Notes under the pieces: generated by a model
Database searches by the model: none
Told to the model about the DNA's origin: nothing
What the model saw: only the letters and a program-made list of their open reading frames with translations
Position numbers and translations under genes: made by a program
Shown: one piece after another, positions 10,286 to 19,787 of the stretch
Position numbering within the stretch: the stretch's first letter is position 1
Layout of the letters: each line of letters begins with the position of its first letter
Source: an uncultured archaeon
Lineage (GTDB): Archaea; Asgardarchaeota; Lokiarchaeia; Sigyniarchaeales; SOKP01
Direction of reading: 5' to 3'
DNA: 50,509 bases
Assembly: GCA_964525635.1 (NCBI GenBank)
Contig: CAZGJX010000015.1
Location: forward strand, 1-50,509

Positions 10286-11017
10286 ATGAAACATAGGAGC
10301 AGACATGAAAAATTAAAGATATATACAATATTGGTTATTACTATTTTATATCTTCCATTTACATTATTTCCTATGTTTTTAAAGGATATTCCCTTTTTCT
10401 CTTCATTAGTTAATAATTATATTATTGCTGGTAGATCATTTTTTATTTCTGATTTACCCTGTATTAATATATTATGGTTTTTGCCAGAAGAATGTCGTAT
10501 CACTTATTTTAGTATAGGGCATCTAATTGATATCTTCATTATAATAAATATTGTTCCTTGTGTTGAAACTACTATTTATCATTATATTGTAAAAGTATGT
10601 AATGAAGAAGAAACTAAAGAATTAAGTTATATGGATATTTATGTTAACAAATCTAGAGAGAAATTTAATTTATTATATTTTAATTTAAATTATGAAATTG
10701 ATATAGAAAATGATCATTCATATGAATCTCATAATATATATATTAAAAATTATCAAAATAACAAGCTTAGACTAAAGGAGTCAAATAATGACTACAATTA
10801 TCAAAAAATAAATGAATATATTCATACCAAAAATCAAAAGAGATTATTTAATAAAATATTTAATTCCAAATTAAAAACTACTTTTAAATTGTTTAATAAT
10901 TCTTTTAATCACTCTTTTTCTAAAAATACTCTGGTATTCCAGAAGAAAAATTATAATCAATATCCCAAAATTAAAACTATTTCTTATAAATATTCTCAAT
11001 GGGAGGGAAAAACATGA
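10286..11017 (+). CDS. Hypothetical protein, N-terminal hydrophobic segments, Asn/Lys-rich C-terminus
   Basis: 243-codon open frame in extremely AT-rich DNA; no recognisable motif. Confidence 0.45.
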   Translation: MKHRSRHEKLKIYTILVITILYLPFTLFPMFLKDIPFFSSLVNNYIIAGRSFFISDLPCINILWFLPEECRITYFSIGHLIDIFIIINIVPCVETTIYHYIVKVCNEEETKELSYMDIYVNKSREKFNLLYFNLNYEIDIENDHSYESHNIYIKNYQNNKLRLKESNNDYNYQKINEYIHTKNQKRLFNKIFNSKLKTTFKLFNNSFNHSFSKNTLVFQKKNYNQYPKIKTISYKYSQWEGKT

Positions 11018-11127
11018 TAAAATTGTGTATATCTTATTTTTTAAGATTGAAATTACAACTGAAAAATAAAGGTAATATACTAACTAAAAATATAAAATTA
11101 AATTATAAAAAATTAAAGGTGAAATAA

Positions 11128-12525
11128 ATGGAATGGAAAGAAGAAATTGAAAATTTATATGAAATAATCACAGATCAGACTCCTGAAGCGTTCCGTTCAT
11201 CAGTCAAAACTATGCTTCGTGAAGCATCTGAAAAAACAGCACGTCTTAGGAATTCTGGATTTGTGAGTAGAGATGATTTACTATCTGCTCTATTTGAAAT
11301 AACTCCTGAAGCATTTCAACCTACAGTTGTTGAAGATTTAAAAAAGATTGGTATTGATACTAATCGGTATATTAAATTGTCAGAAATTAGAAAAAAATAT
11401 TCACGAACATGGGATGAAATTAGTGGAGCATTTTTACCTGGAGTATATCATTTTACCATATATCTAACTGATCGATGCAACCAAAATTGTCTTCATTGTG
11501 CTGCTGCGGTAATGGAGAAACGTCCTGAATTACCCCCGGAAACTTGGATTGAAATTATTGAGGATCTTGAACAAAGCTTACGAAAACGTGGTCGTCGAGG
11601 ATGTTATATATGGTTTGGAGGAGAACCTACTATTCGTAAAGATCTTAAAGATTTAATAAAATATTGCGGTGAAAAGGGCTATTATCAAGCACTTGCAACT
11701 AATGGAATTTTGTTTAATGAAGAACTGGCGAAATTATGTGCAGATGTTAAGATGAGCCATGTTTTTATAAGTTATGATAGTACGGATCCTAAACGGGCTG
11801 CAAAAATTAGAGGACATCCAAAAGCACAAGAAGCGGCAGAAAAAGCCATAAATTTGGCTTCAAAATATGGGCTTTTTATCATTGGTAATGTAACCGCACA
11901 AAAAGAGAACTTCGATGAATTAGAAACCTTACAAAAATATTTTGAATCTAAGGGCGTAATTCCCTTTTACAGACCCCTAATCAAACAACGTTCGGCGGAT
12001 TTAAATTGGGAAGAAATCGGCTTAACTATTGATGAATATCGACAATTCTATGATTTTAAATATAAAAACATTATAGAGACTATCAGAAAAGGAGAAGCAA
12101 CTTCTCTTAATAAATTCTATACATGGGATATGGTACCATTCATGGAGTGTCCTATAAATGATGAGGAAAGGACTGCGATTGAATGGGGTACAGGATGCCA
12201 AGCCTGCCGCTCAATTTCCGGGATTGATACCAATGGAGATGTATTCCCTTGCGATTATCCCTCTGAATTAATCTTAGGCAACATTCTTGAGCAAAGTTGG
12301 GATGAGATTATGGAAACCGAAATGTTCAAAGCTATTAGAGATAGAAAAATAAAAGGGAAATGTGCTACTTGTCATCACCTTGACATGTGTGGTGGTGGTT
12401 GTCGGGTGCATGCTGAGAATGAAACTGGTGATTTTTTAGCGGCTCTCCCGTTTTGTTGGCATCAGAATGATCATAAACATGAAAAAAAAATAACAGAAAA
12501 AAAAGTGATTGAATTACTTGAATAA
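11128..12525 (+). CDS. Radical SAM/SPASM protein (PqqE/AhbC-like) with N-terminal DUF2621/PCP_red-like domain
   Basis: 'CNQNCLHC', 'GGEP', 'ATNG'; SPASM 'CQACR..GDVFPC..CATCHHLDMCGGGCR..CW'. Confidence 0.9.
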   Translation: MEWKEEIENLYEIITDQTPEAFRSSVKTMLREASEKTARLRNSGFVSRDDLLSALFEITPEAFQPTVVEDLKKIGIDTNRYIKLSEIRKKYSRTWDEISGAFLPGVYHFTIYLTDRCNQNCLHCAAAVMEKRPELPPETWIEIIEDLEQSLRKRGRRGCYIWFGGEPTIRKDLKDLIKYCGEKGYYQALATNGILFNEELAKLCADVKMSHVFISYDSTDPKRAAKIRGHPKAQEAAEKAINLASKYGLFIIGNVTAQKENFDELETLQKYFESKGVIPFYRPLIKQRSADLNWEEIGLTIDEYRQFYDFKYKNIIETIRKGEATSLNKFYTWDMVPFMECPINDEERTAIEWGTGCQACRSISGIDTNGDVFPCDYPSELILGNILEQSWDEIMETEMFKAIRDRKIKGKCATCHHLDMCGGGCRVHAENETGDFLAALPFCWHQNDHKHEKKITEKKVIELLE

Positions 12526-12565
12526 TTGAGTAATTTAATTAAAATAGATTGAAGGTTTGATATAT

Positions 12566-13966
12566 ATGGAATGGGAAAAGAAAACTGAAGAATTATTTGC
12601 GAGAATTGTAGAGAAAATGCCAGAAGGATTTCGTCCTTCAGTAAAACCATTGATTATAGAAGCAGCTGAAAAAAGATGCGTTGAGCGAAACGAATCTTAT
12701 ATTAATGAATCAGATGTAATTACAGGAATTTTTGATATTATTCCTGAAGCATTTAAATCTATAATGGTTGAAGATTTAAAATCTCTGAGTATTGATGTTG
12801 AACGATATATTGAGCTTAAGGAAATCAGAGATCGACTTAAATTATCATGGGAAAAATTGGAAAAAGCATTTCATCCGGGTAATATTCATTTTGCGATGTA
12901 TATTACCGATAGATGTAATATGAAGTGTATACATTGTGCCGCAGATGATCAAATACCTCGACAGGAGTTATCAAAAGAGCAATGGTGCCAGATAATGGAT
13001 AATATAGAATCTGGACTTAGATCCCAGGGTAGACATGCATGTTTCATTTGGTTTGGGGGAGAACCAACTCTACGAGAAGATATTGGGGATTTAATGAGCC
13101 ATTGCAAAGAAAAAGGATATTATCATGCTATTATTACTAATGGCGTTGAATTTGATGATAAATTCGCTAAAATGTGCAAAGAAAATGATTTAAGTCACGT
13201 ATTTGTAAGTTTTGACAGTGCCAATCCTAAGAAAAATGATCAATTACGCGGATATCCAAATTCATTAGAATACACCAAAAAAGCTATAGATAGTTGTTTG
13301 AAATATGGATTATTTGTATGTGCTTCTATTACTATTATGAAACAGAATATTGATGAATTGGAAGAACTTAATAATTTATCGTTAAAATGGGGAGCTCAAC
13401 CTTTTTTTAGACCAGTTGTTAAACAAAATCGCGCTGCAGAATATTGGGATGAAATTGGTTTGAATAAAGAAGAATATAAGAGGTTATATGATTATAAATA
13501 TAAACATGCTATTCAAAAAATTAGGCAAGGTGAAGCAGGGATCCTACCGGCTTATGAAATATATGAGATGATGCCCTTTATGAATTGCTTAAGAAATGAT
13601 AAGGAAATAACAGCGCTTGAATGGGGTGTAGGATGTTTAGCATGCAGAACGATGATGGGCGTTGGTGTAGATGGAACGCTATTTCCTACGGGATATCCTA
13701 CAAAATTAACTCTTGGTCATGGATTAAAGGACAAATTTGAAGATATATTAAATTCACAACTCTATAAAGATATTCGTGACAGAAAAAAAATTAAAGGAAA
13801 ATGCGCATCTTGTCATCATCTGAAATATTGCGGAGGGGGGTGTCGCGTCACTGCAGAATTTATAACTGGAGATTTTTTTGGTTCATTTCCTTTTTGTTGG
13901 CATGAAAATGACCATGAACATGAAGTTGAGACTAATAAAAAGAAGGAAATTGAATTACTTGAATGA
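12566..13966 (+). CDS. Radical SAM/SPASM protein, tandem paralog of 11128, with N-terminal DUF2621/PCP_red-like domain
   Basis: 'CNMKCIHC', 'WFGGEPT', 'CASCHHLKYCGGGCR'; starts 'MEWEKK' like 'MEWKEE'. Confidence 0.9.
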   Translation: MEWEKKTEELFARIVEKMPEGFRPSVKPLIIEAAEKRCVERNESYINESDVITGIFDIIPEAFKSIMVEDLKSLSIDVERYIELKEIRDRLKLSWEKLEKAFHPGNIHFAMYITDRCNMKCIHCAADDQIPRQELSKEQWCQIMDNIESGLRSQGRHACFIWFGGEPTLREDIGDLMSHCKEKGYYHAIITNGVEFDDKFAKMCKENDLSHVFVSFDSANPKKNDQLRGYPNSLEYTKKAIDSCLKYGLFVCASITIMKQNIDELEELNNLSLKWGAQPFFRPVVKQNRAAEYWDEIGLNKEEYKRLYDYKYKHAIQKIRQGEAGILPAYEIYEMMPFMNCLRNDKEITALEWGVGCLACRTMMGVGVDGTLFPTGYPTKLTLGHGLKDKFEDILNSQLYKDIRDRKKIKGKCASCHHLKYCGGGCRVTAEFITGDFFGSFPFCWHENDHEHEVETNKKKEIELLE

Positions 13967-14000
13967 TAAAGGAGATTGCTAAAGCATAGGGATGATAATA

Positions 14001-15416
14001 ATGCGAGTATTAATAATATCTGGAAGTCGAGAGATAGTACATGTAATGGTTTCACCCATAGGTGAAGCTTATCTAGCATCATATCTTCAATCACAAGGAC
14101 ATGAAGTTTTATTATTAGATCTAACTCTAAGTAATAATTTTAGAAATGATATTATAAAAGCTATTGATAATTTCAATCCTGAAGTGATAGGTCTTTCTAT
14201 TCGTAATATAGATTCAACAACATACCCTGGAAATTTATTTTTTTATTTACCTTTTAAAAATATTTTTAATTATATAAAAGAAAATATAGAACCTGAAATA
14301 CCCCTAATCTTAGGTGGGGCTGGGTTTTCAATATTCTCAGAAGAAATACTTAGAGATTTAAATCATGATATTGGAATCGTTGGAGAAGGAGAATATGCTT
14401 TTAATGAATTATTAAAATATATTGAAAAAGATAAAGATCCTCGAAAAATAGATAGAGGTATATGTTTTATAGATAAAAAAGGGAGATATCATCAAAAACC
14501 AACATGGCATATTAATAATTTAGATGATTTACCAAATCCTACAAGAGAATTGATGGATAATAATAATTATCTAATTGATCCAATAGATAAGGAAGGTAAT
14601 TTTTGGGGGAATATTCAAACTAAGCGTGGTTGCTCGAAAAACTGCATTTATTGTAGTTATCGATATATTGAAGGCCCTAAAGTTCGATATCGATCCCCAG
14701 AAAAAATAGCTGAAGAACTAGATTTAATGGTAAATAATTTTGGAATCAAAAATGTTTTCATTGTAGATAGTCTGCTCAATTTAAATTATAATCACTTAAA
14801 AAATACTTGTCATGAAATTATTAACCATAAAATTGATTTTAATTGGGGAGCTAATTATGCTCCAAGTAGTCAATATTTAGATTTATTACCCCTTATGAAA
14901 GAAAGTGGTGCAACTCATCTAGCAACGGGTATGGAATCCTTATCTGAAGATATATTAAAAAATATGAATAAAGATAGAATACCTAATGAGTCAATTCTAA
15001 CTTCTGAAAAGTGTATTGATCTAGAAATTGAACAATTAATCCATATAATTGTTGGAGGTCCTGGAGAAACTTCTGAAACAGTTAGAGCTTCTTTCGATCG
15101 ATTAGAAACTATTAGAAATTATAGAGGAAATATATGGCAAGGAGATGGAGATGTAATTATTTTCTTGGGAATGAGAATATATCCTCATACGCCTCTTCAG
15201 AAAATTGCTGAGAAAGATAAGGTGATTTCTAAAGGACAAAATTTACTTAAACCAACATTTTACATTTCTCCACAAATTAAAGAAGTAGATCTTTTTAGTT
15301 TAGTAAGAGAATATTGTGAAGTAAATCCAAGATGGATGGCTCCAGGATTAGGCTTAAATAATCCAGATGGCTTTGACGAAATGAGTCAAATCCAGTTTGC
15401 TCTATATCAAAAATAA
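14001..15416 (+). CDS. Cobalamin-dependent radical SAM protein, TsrM-like / lipid-biosynthesis B12-rSAM type (putative C-methyltransferase)
   Basis: 'LLDLT', 'IGLSIRNID', 'LGGAGFSIF', 'IQTKRGCSKNCIYC', 'GGPGET', 'GMRIYPHTPL', 'PTFYISP'. Confidence 0.82.
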   Translation: MRVLIISGSREIVHVMVSPIGEAYLASYLQSQGHEVLLLDLTLSNNFRNDIIKAIDNFNPEVIGLSIRNIDSTTYPGNLFFYLPFKNIFNYIKENIEPEIPLILGGAGFSIFSEEILRDLNHDIGIVGEGEYAFNELLKYIEKDKDPRKIDRGICFIDKKGRYHQKPTWHINNLDDLPNPTRELMDNNNYLIDPIDKEGNFWGNIQTKRGCSKNCIYCSYRYIEGPKVRYRSPEKIAEELDLMVNNFGIKNVFIVDSLLNLNYNHLKNTCHEIINHKIDFNWGANYAPSSQYLDLLPLMKESGATHLATGMESLSEDILKNMNKDRIPNESILTSEKCIDLEIEQLIHIIVGGPGETSETVRASFDRLETIRNYRGNIWQGDGDVIIFLGMRIYPHTPLQKIAEKDKVISKGQNLLKPTFYISPQIKEVDLFSLVREYCEVNPRWMAPGLGLNNPDGFDEMSQIQFALYQK

Positions 15417-15471
15417 AAATAAAAAACAAAAAAAAAAAACATTAAAAAATAGTAAAAATGAGGGAATTTTT

Positions 15472-16974
15472 ATGAGTAAAAAAGCAAGAAGCGGATTACC
15501 ATTTGGTAAAGTTACTCCGTTAGAAATTATAGAGAAAATTGGAAAAGATGGATTATCTGGAGGAATTGAAGATGTCTGTCTCTTTCCTACATATAGTTGT
15601 AATCTTAATTGTTATATGTGTCATGTACAACATGTACGCGATAAGGATAACAATTATATATCAATGGATGATTGGAAGGCAGCTTTTAAAAATCTAAATG
15701 TATCTAAAATGTTTCACCTAGGGGGAGAACCTTTTGTAAGAGAAGATATGATGGATTTAATTGAATTTTTTGATTCCAAAGGGATTAATCAAATTCTTTC
15801 CACCAATGGTCAAAATATTACTGAGTCAACTGCTAAAAGGCTAGCTGCATTGAAGAATTTAGCTTGTATACAAGTATCTCTTAATGGTACAGAAGAAATT
15901 GATGGAAAAATAAGAGGATCTCCTCATTCATATAGAAGAACTGTAGAGGGTATAAAACTATTGAAAAAAGCTGGTATACAAACATGGATTCATGCCGTTA
16001 TTTTAAATGAAAATATCAATGATCTAGTAAATATAGTGAAACTTGGTACAGAATTAAAGGTGGATATGATTAATTATCTTTTTGGTCAGGTAATGTCTGA
16101 GCAAGATGCAGAAGAAACAAGAGCTTCTATTAAAAAGTGGACAGGTGAAGATGTAAATGTTGGAGGATATATAGGAGAAATAAATTATTCTGAAGAAGAA
16201 TTAGTGAATAGTATTAACGCTGTAAAAGAAGAAGCGAAGAAAACGGGAATTCAAGTAATGTTTTTCCCTAGAATTTTTGGAGAGCATCCAGAAATATATT
16301 GGCGAGGTACTTTACTTGAACAAGAGAGGCCTATTTGTCAAATGACATTAATGCCCCCCCTCACACCTATAATTGGTCCTGAAGGGGATGTTGTTGCGTG
16401 TTGTATTATTGATAAGAGTTTTGGCAATATTAAAGAAAAAAGTCTTGAAGAAATTTGGGATTCTGAGACCGTTCGTAATTTTAGGAAAGGATTGATTAAT
16501 GATAAATTAATGGCAGTATGTAAACGATGTCCAAGTGGAGATTTAATAAAGGTTGATGCAAAGAAAGATACATCCTTATCGAATAAAGAAGATTGGAACT
16601 CTTATTTATCATTATTAACTAAAGAACTTAATAATTTATCTGAGTTACAACCGATATTAGAAAAAGTTTCTCCTATTATATTTCAATATCAAATTACTGA
16701 TCAACCAAGTTTCAATTATTGGCATTACTTTAAAAAAGATGGTGTTAGTTTGGGTTTAGGTGAAATTGATGATGATGATGTCTCAAAATTAATCCATAAA
16801 ACTGATTTTGAGACATTAAAGAGTGTAAATGCTGGTATAAACAATCCAATCCAAGCTACGATGGAGGGAACTTATGAAGTTACTGGAGACATGACTAAAT
16901 TAATGGCTTGTGCTCCACTTATTCCAGTAACAGCAAAAGCTCATAATGTTGTAATTAAAGATTTTTTAAAATAA
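15472..16974 (+). CDS. Radical SAM/twitch-type protein fused to C-terminal SCP2 lipid-binding domain
   Basis: 'CNLNCYMC', 'LGGEP', 'STNG'; 'C...GDVVACC..GNIKEKSLEEIW...CKRC'; C-term 'DFETLKSVNAGINNPIQATMEGTYEVTGDMTKLM' (SCP2 pattern). Confidence 0.85.
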   Translation: MSKKARSGLPFGKVTPLEIIEKIGKDGLSGGIEDVCLFPTYSCNLNCYMCHVQHVRDKDNNYISMDDWKAAFKNLNVSKMFHLGGEPFVREDMMDLIEFFDSKGINQILSTNGQNITESTAKRLAALKNLACIQVSLNGTEEIDGKIRGSPHSYRRTVEGIKLLKKAGIQTWIHAVILNENINDLVNIVKLGTELKVDMINYLFGQVMSEQDAEETRASIKKWTGEDVNVGGYIGEINYSEEELVNSINAVKEEAKKTGIQVMFFPRIFGEHPEIYWRGTLLEQERPICQMTLMPPLTPIIGPEGDVVACCIIDKSFGNIKEKSLEEIWDSETVRNFRKGLINDKLMAVCKRCPSGDLIKVDAKKDTSLSNKEDWNSYLSLLTKELNNLSELQPILEKVSPIIFQYQITDQPSFNYWHYFKKDGVSLGLGEIDDDDVSKLIHKTDFETLKSVNAGINNPIQATMEGTYEVTGDMTKLMACAPLIPVTAKAHNVVIKDFLK

Positions 16975-17005
16975 AAAGGAGAAATAAAAAAAAGAGCTAT
17001 AAATT

Positions 17006-18514
17006 ATGAATGAAAAACAAGTTGGATGTGACGTATCTCTACGAGAAGCAATGCCCCTTGGAAAGGATATACCATTAAATGTAATAAAGCAAATAATTGA
17101 AGATGGTCTTTCTGGGGAATTTAGTGATGTATGCTTTTATGCAAGTTTCAACTGTAATTTAAATTGTTATATGTGCCTTATAAAACATATGAAAGGTCGA
17201 AAAATAACTCCCATGTCTATGGAGCAAATAAAGGAGGGATTTAAAGATGCTAAAGTCTTATTTCACCTTGGAGGAGAACCATGGGTTATGAGTAATATGA
17301 TGGAAATGATAGAATATTTCGATGCTAATGGTGTTAATCAAATAATGTCCACAAATGGCACTAAAATTACAAAAGAAATCGCTGAGAAATTAGCTGGATT
17401 AAAACATTTTGTTAATATACAAGTCTCATTGAACGCATCAAATGGAATAGATGGCAAAATTAGGGGATGGCCAAAATCTTTCGAAAAAACTGTTGAGGGT
17501 ATAAAGATTCTTGTTGATGCAGGCTTATCTACATGGATACATTGCACAATTGTAAATGAAAATATTAACGATTTAGCAAATGTAGTTAAACTTGGTGCAG
17601 AGCTAGGAGTTAAAGCAGTCAATTTCATCTTTGCACATATAGTTAGTGAGGAAGAAATTAAGGCTTCTAAAGAGCTAATGAAGAAATGGATTGGAGAAGA
17701 AGTTGAAATAGGTGGATATGTGGGAGAATTAACATATTCTGAAGAAGAATTGATAAACAGTATTAATGCAGCAAAAGAAGAAGGAAAAAAACATGGAATT
17801 ACTGTGATGTTCTTTTCAAAGTTATTTGGTGATAAGCCTGAAATATATTGGCGAGGAACGTTATTAAAGCAAGAACGACCGATTTGCCAATTAACTTTAA
17901 TGCCCCCAATGACACCTAATATTGGACCAGATGGTTCAGTATATAACTGCCCATATATAGTCAAAAGCTTTGGAAACATTACTGAAATGCCCCTTAAAGA
18001 GATTTGGGATTCTGATTCAATTCGTGCTTTTCGGAAAGGAATGATAAAGGACAAGTTATTACCTATATGTAGACGTTGCCCATGTAGTGATATGGTTGAT
18101 TTATCTTTATCCAAAGAACATGAATTAACAGATATAGTAAAATGGAAGATATATCTTGAAAGATTAACTAAAGAATTGAATAATATGTCTGAAGTTCCAC
18201 CAATTTTGAATAGCATTGAACCTACTATTTTCCAATATCACCTTAATGATCATCCAGAGTTGAATTTTTGGCATGCCTTTGATAAAAATGGTATTCGGAT
18301 AGGAATGGGTGAAAATACACAGGATAGTGACTTTATTAAGCTTATCCATAAAGCTGATTTTGAGATTGTGAGAAAGGTAAATTCTGGCGAACAGAATCCT
18401 GTCCAAGCAACTATGGCAGGACTTTATATAGTTGATGGAGATATGGCTAAATTAATGGCTTGTGCTCCAATTTTACCTTTGCAAGTAAAAGCTCATGAAA
18501 AAGTAATAAAATAA
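17006..18514 (+). CDS. Radical SAM/twitch-SCP2 fusion, tandem paralog of 15472
   Basis: 'CNLNCYMC'; near-identical 'PEIYWRGTLL.QERPICQ.TLMPP'; SCP2 'NPVQATMAGLYIVDGDMAKLM'. Confidence 0.85.
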   Translation: MNEKQVGCDVSLREAMPLGKDIPLNVIKQIIEDGLSGEFSDVCFYASFNCNLNCYMCLIKHMKGRKITPMSMEQIKEGFKDAKVLFHLGGEPWVMSNMMEMIEYFDANGVNQIMSTNGTKITKEIAEKLAGLKHFVNIQVSLNASNGIDGKIRGWPKSFEKTVEGIKILVDAGLSTWIHCTIVNENINDLANVVKLGAELGVKAVNFIFAHIVSEEEIKASKELMKKWIGEEVEIGGYVGELTYSEEELINSINAAKEEGKKHGITVMFFSKLFGDKPEIYWRGTLLKQERPICQLTLMPPMTPNIGPDGSVYNCPYIVKSFGNITEMPLKEIWDSDSIRAFRKGMIKDKLLPICRRCPCSDMVDLSLSKEHELTDIVKWKIYLERLTKELNNMSEVPPILNSIEPTIFQYHLNDHPELNFWHAFDKNGIRIGMGENTQDSDFIKLIHKADFEIVRKVNSGEQNPVQATMAGLYIVDGDMAKLMACAPILPLQVKAHEKVIK

Positions 18515-18571
18515 TTAATTAAATAATATAAAAAAGAGAAAATAAAATATAAGTTAAGAGAGAAAATCAAA

Positions 18572-19744
18572 ATGAAATGGAAATCTGAAATTAAACAACT
18601 TTTTGAGAATGTGGTCTCAAATATTCCTGAAATGGTAAGACCAGCTGTAAAACCTACACTTTTTGAAGCTGCAGAAAAAAAATGTATGGAGAGAAATGGA
18701 AAAGAAGTAGCTGAAGTAGATTTAGTAGTAGCGTTGTTTGAAGTGACACCACCAACTTTTCAACCAACTATGATTGAAGATCTAAAAAAAGTTGGGGTTG
18801 AATATGATAAATACCTAGCAAAAGTGGAATCTAATTTTAAGTGTAATACTGATCTTAATCAGATGATAAAGGATATATCAACGATTTGTGATGTTACTGG
18901 AGTAAAATGTGATAATGAAGCAATCTGGAAAGCTTTCAATGCTTATGAAAAATTTTTCAAAGGAGCTCCATTATCAATTAGAACGACGACTAAACCCGTT
19001 GAAAAAAGGGATGTAGCAGTAAGATATGTAGAATTTTTTGTACCTCATTATCCAGATCCTTATACAACAGCTATCAATGAAGGATTAATTAAGAAGGATG
19101 GACACGCTATCCATAAGATGATAATAGAGGTAATAAACACGTTTGACATAATGGGATATGGTGTAGATGTAGATGCGAGTAATGGATTATCAAAGATTTG
19201 GCCATTTATAGTACCTGGATCAATTGATCCAATCTATTCAATGAAGTCATACCCAAAAAGTATGAAAAAATATCAAGAATACTTTAATAAGCATGGACTA
19301 ACAGCTTTTAGTTTATTTGCATTTGATTTCCTTCATAATACAGTGAACATCTATTTCATGCTTAAAAAACCATCCAAATCTACTTATGAAAATTGTATTG
19401 CTCTTGTAGAGGATTTAGGATTTAAACCCGACTCCAAAGAGGTTATGGAAGCTTGTTGTGAAGCTGCCCATCTAAATTATACATTTAATTGGGATACAGA
19501 AAAAATCGAGCGTGTATGTTTTGGGATAACATGTCAAGATGCTAAAAAGATTCCAGTACATCTACATCCATTGATAGAAGAATTTGTTGAAAAAACACCA
19601 CTCCAAAGTGATTCAAATAAATTTATCTGGGGAGTAACCTTCTCCCAAAACGGTCGCTATTATAAGATTGAAAACGATTATAATGGAACAATGGTCGATT
19701 TCTTAGAAATGGGTTGTAAAGCGGGTCTTGATAAATTTAACTAA
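18572..19744 (+). CDS. Soluble ABBA aromatic prenyltransferase (NphB/CloQ, PTase_Orf2-like) with N-terminal DUF2621/PCP_red-like domain
   Basis: Co-linear with remembered NphB/CloQ motifs: 'DPYTTAINEGL', 'YGVDVDASNGLSKIWPF', 'FNKHGL', 'FDFLHNTVNIYF', 'LVEDLGF', 'YTFNWDTEKIERVCFG', 'WGVTFSQNGRYYKIENDY'. Confidence 0.87.
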   Translation: MKWKSEIKQLFENVVSNIPEMVRPAVKPTLFEAAEKKCMERNGKEVAEVDLVVALFEVTPPTFQPTMIEDLKKVGVEYDKYLAKVESNFKCNTDLNQMIKDISTICDVTGVKCDNEAIWKAFNAYEKFFKGAPLSIRTTTKPVEKRDVAVRYVEFFVPHYPDPYTTAINEGLIKKDGHAIHKMIIEVINTFDIMGYGVDVDASNGLSKIWPFIVPGSIDPIYSMKSYPKSMKKYQEYFNKHGLTAFSLFAFDFLHNTVNIYFMLKKPSKSTYENCIALVEDLGFKPDSKEVMEACCEAAHLNYTFNWDTEKIERVCFGITCQDAKKIPVHLHPLIEEFVEKTPLQSDSNKFIWGVTFSQNGRYYKIENDYNGTMVDFLEMGCKAGLDKFN

Positions 19745-19756
19745 TTTTTTTTTTTT
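19745..19756 (+). terminator. Oligo-T tract, possible archaeal terminator inside the cluster
   Basis: T run immediately after the TAA of the prenyltransferase. Confidence 0.35.
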
Positions 19757-19787
19757 AATTTTAAAAATAAATAAAGTGTATCTTAAA

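Noticed and set aside
11128-13966. Chlorophyll/heme pathway suggested by PCP_red-like domain and AhbC-like rSAM
   Set aside because: No tetrapyrrole genes nearby, and the domain also sits on the prenyltransferase and U32s.
17338-18216. 292-aa minus-strand ORF
   Set aside because: Antisense shadow of the rSAM-SCP2 gene; no motifs.
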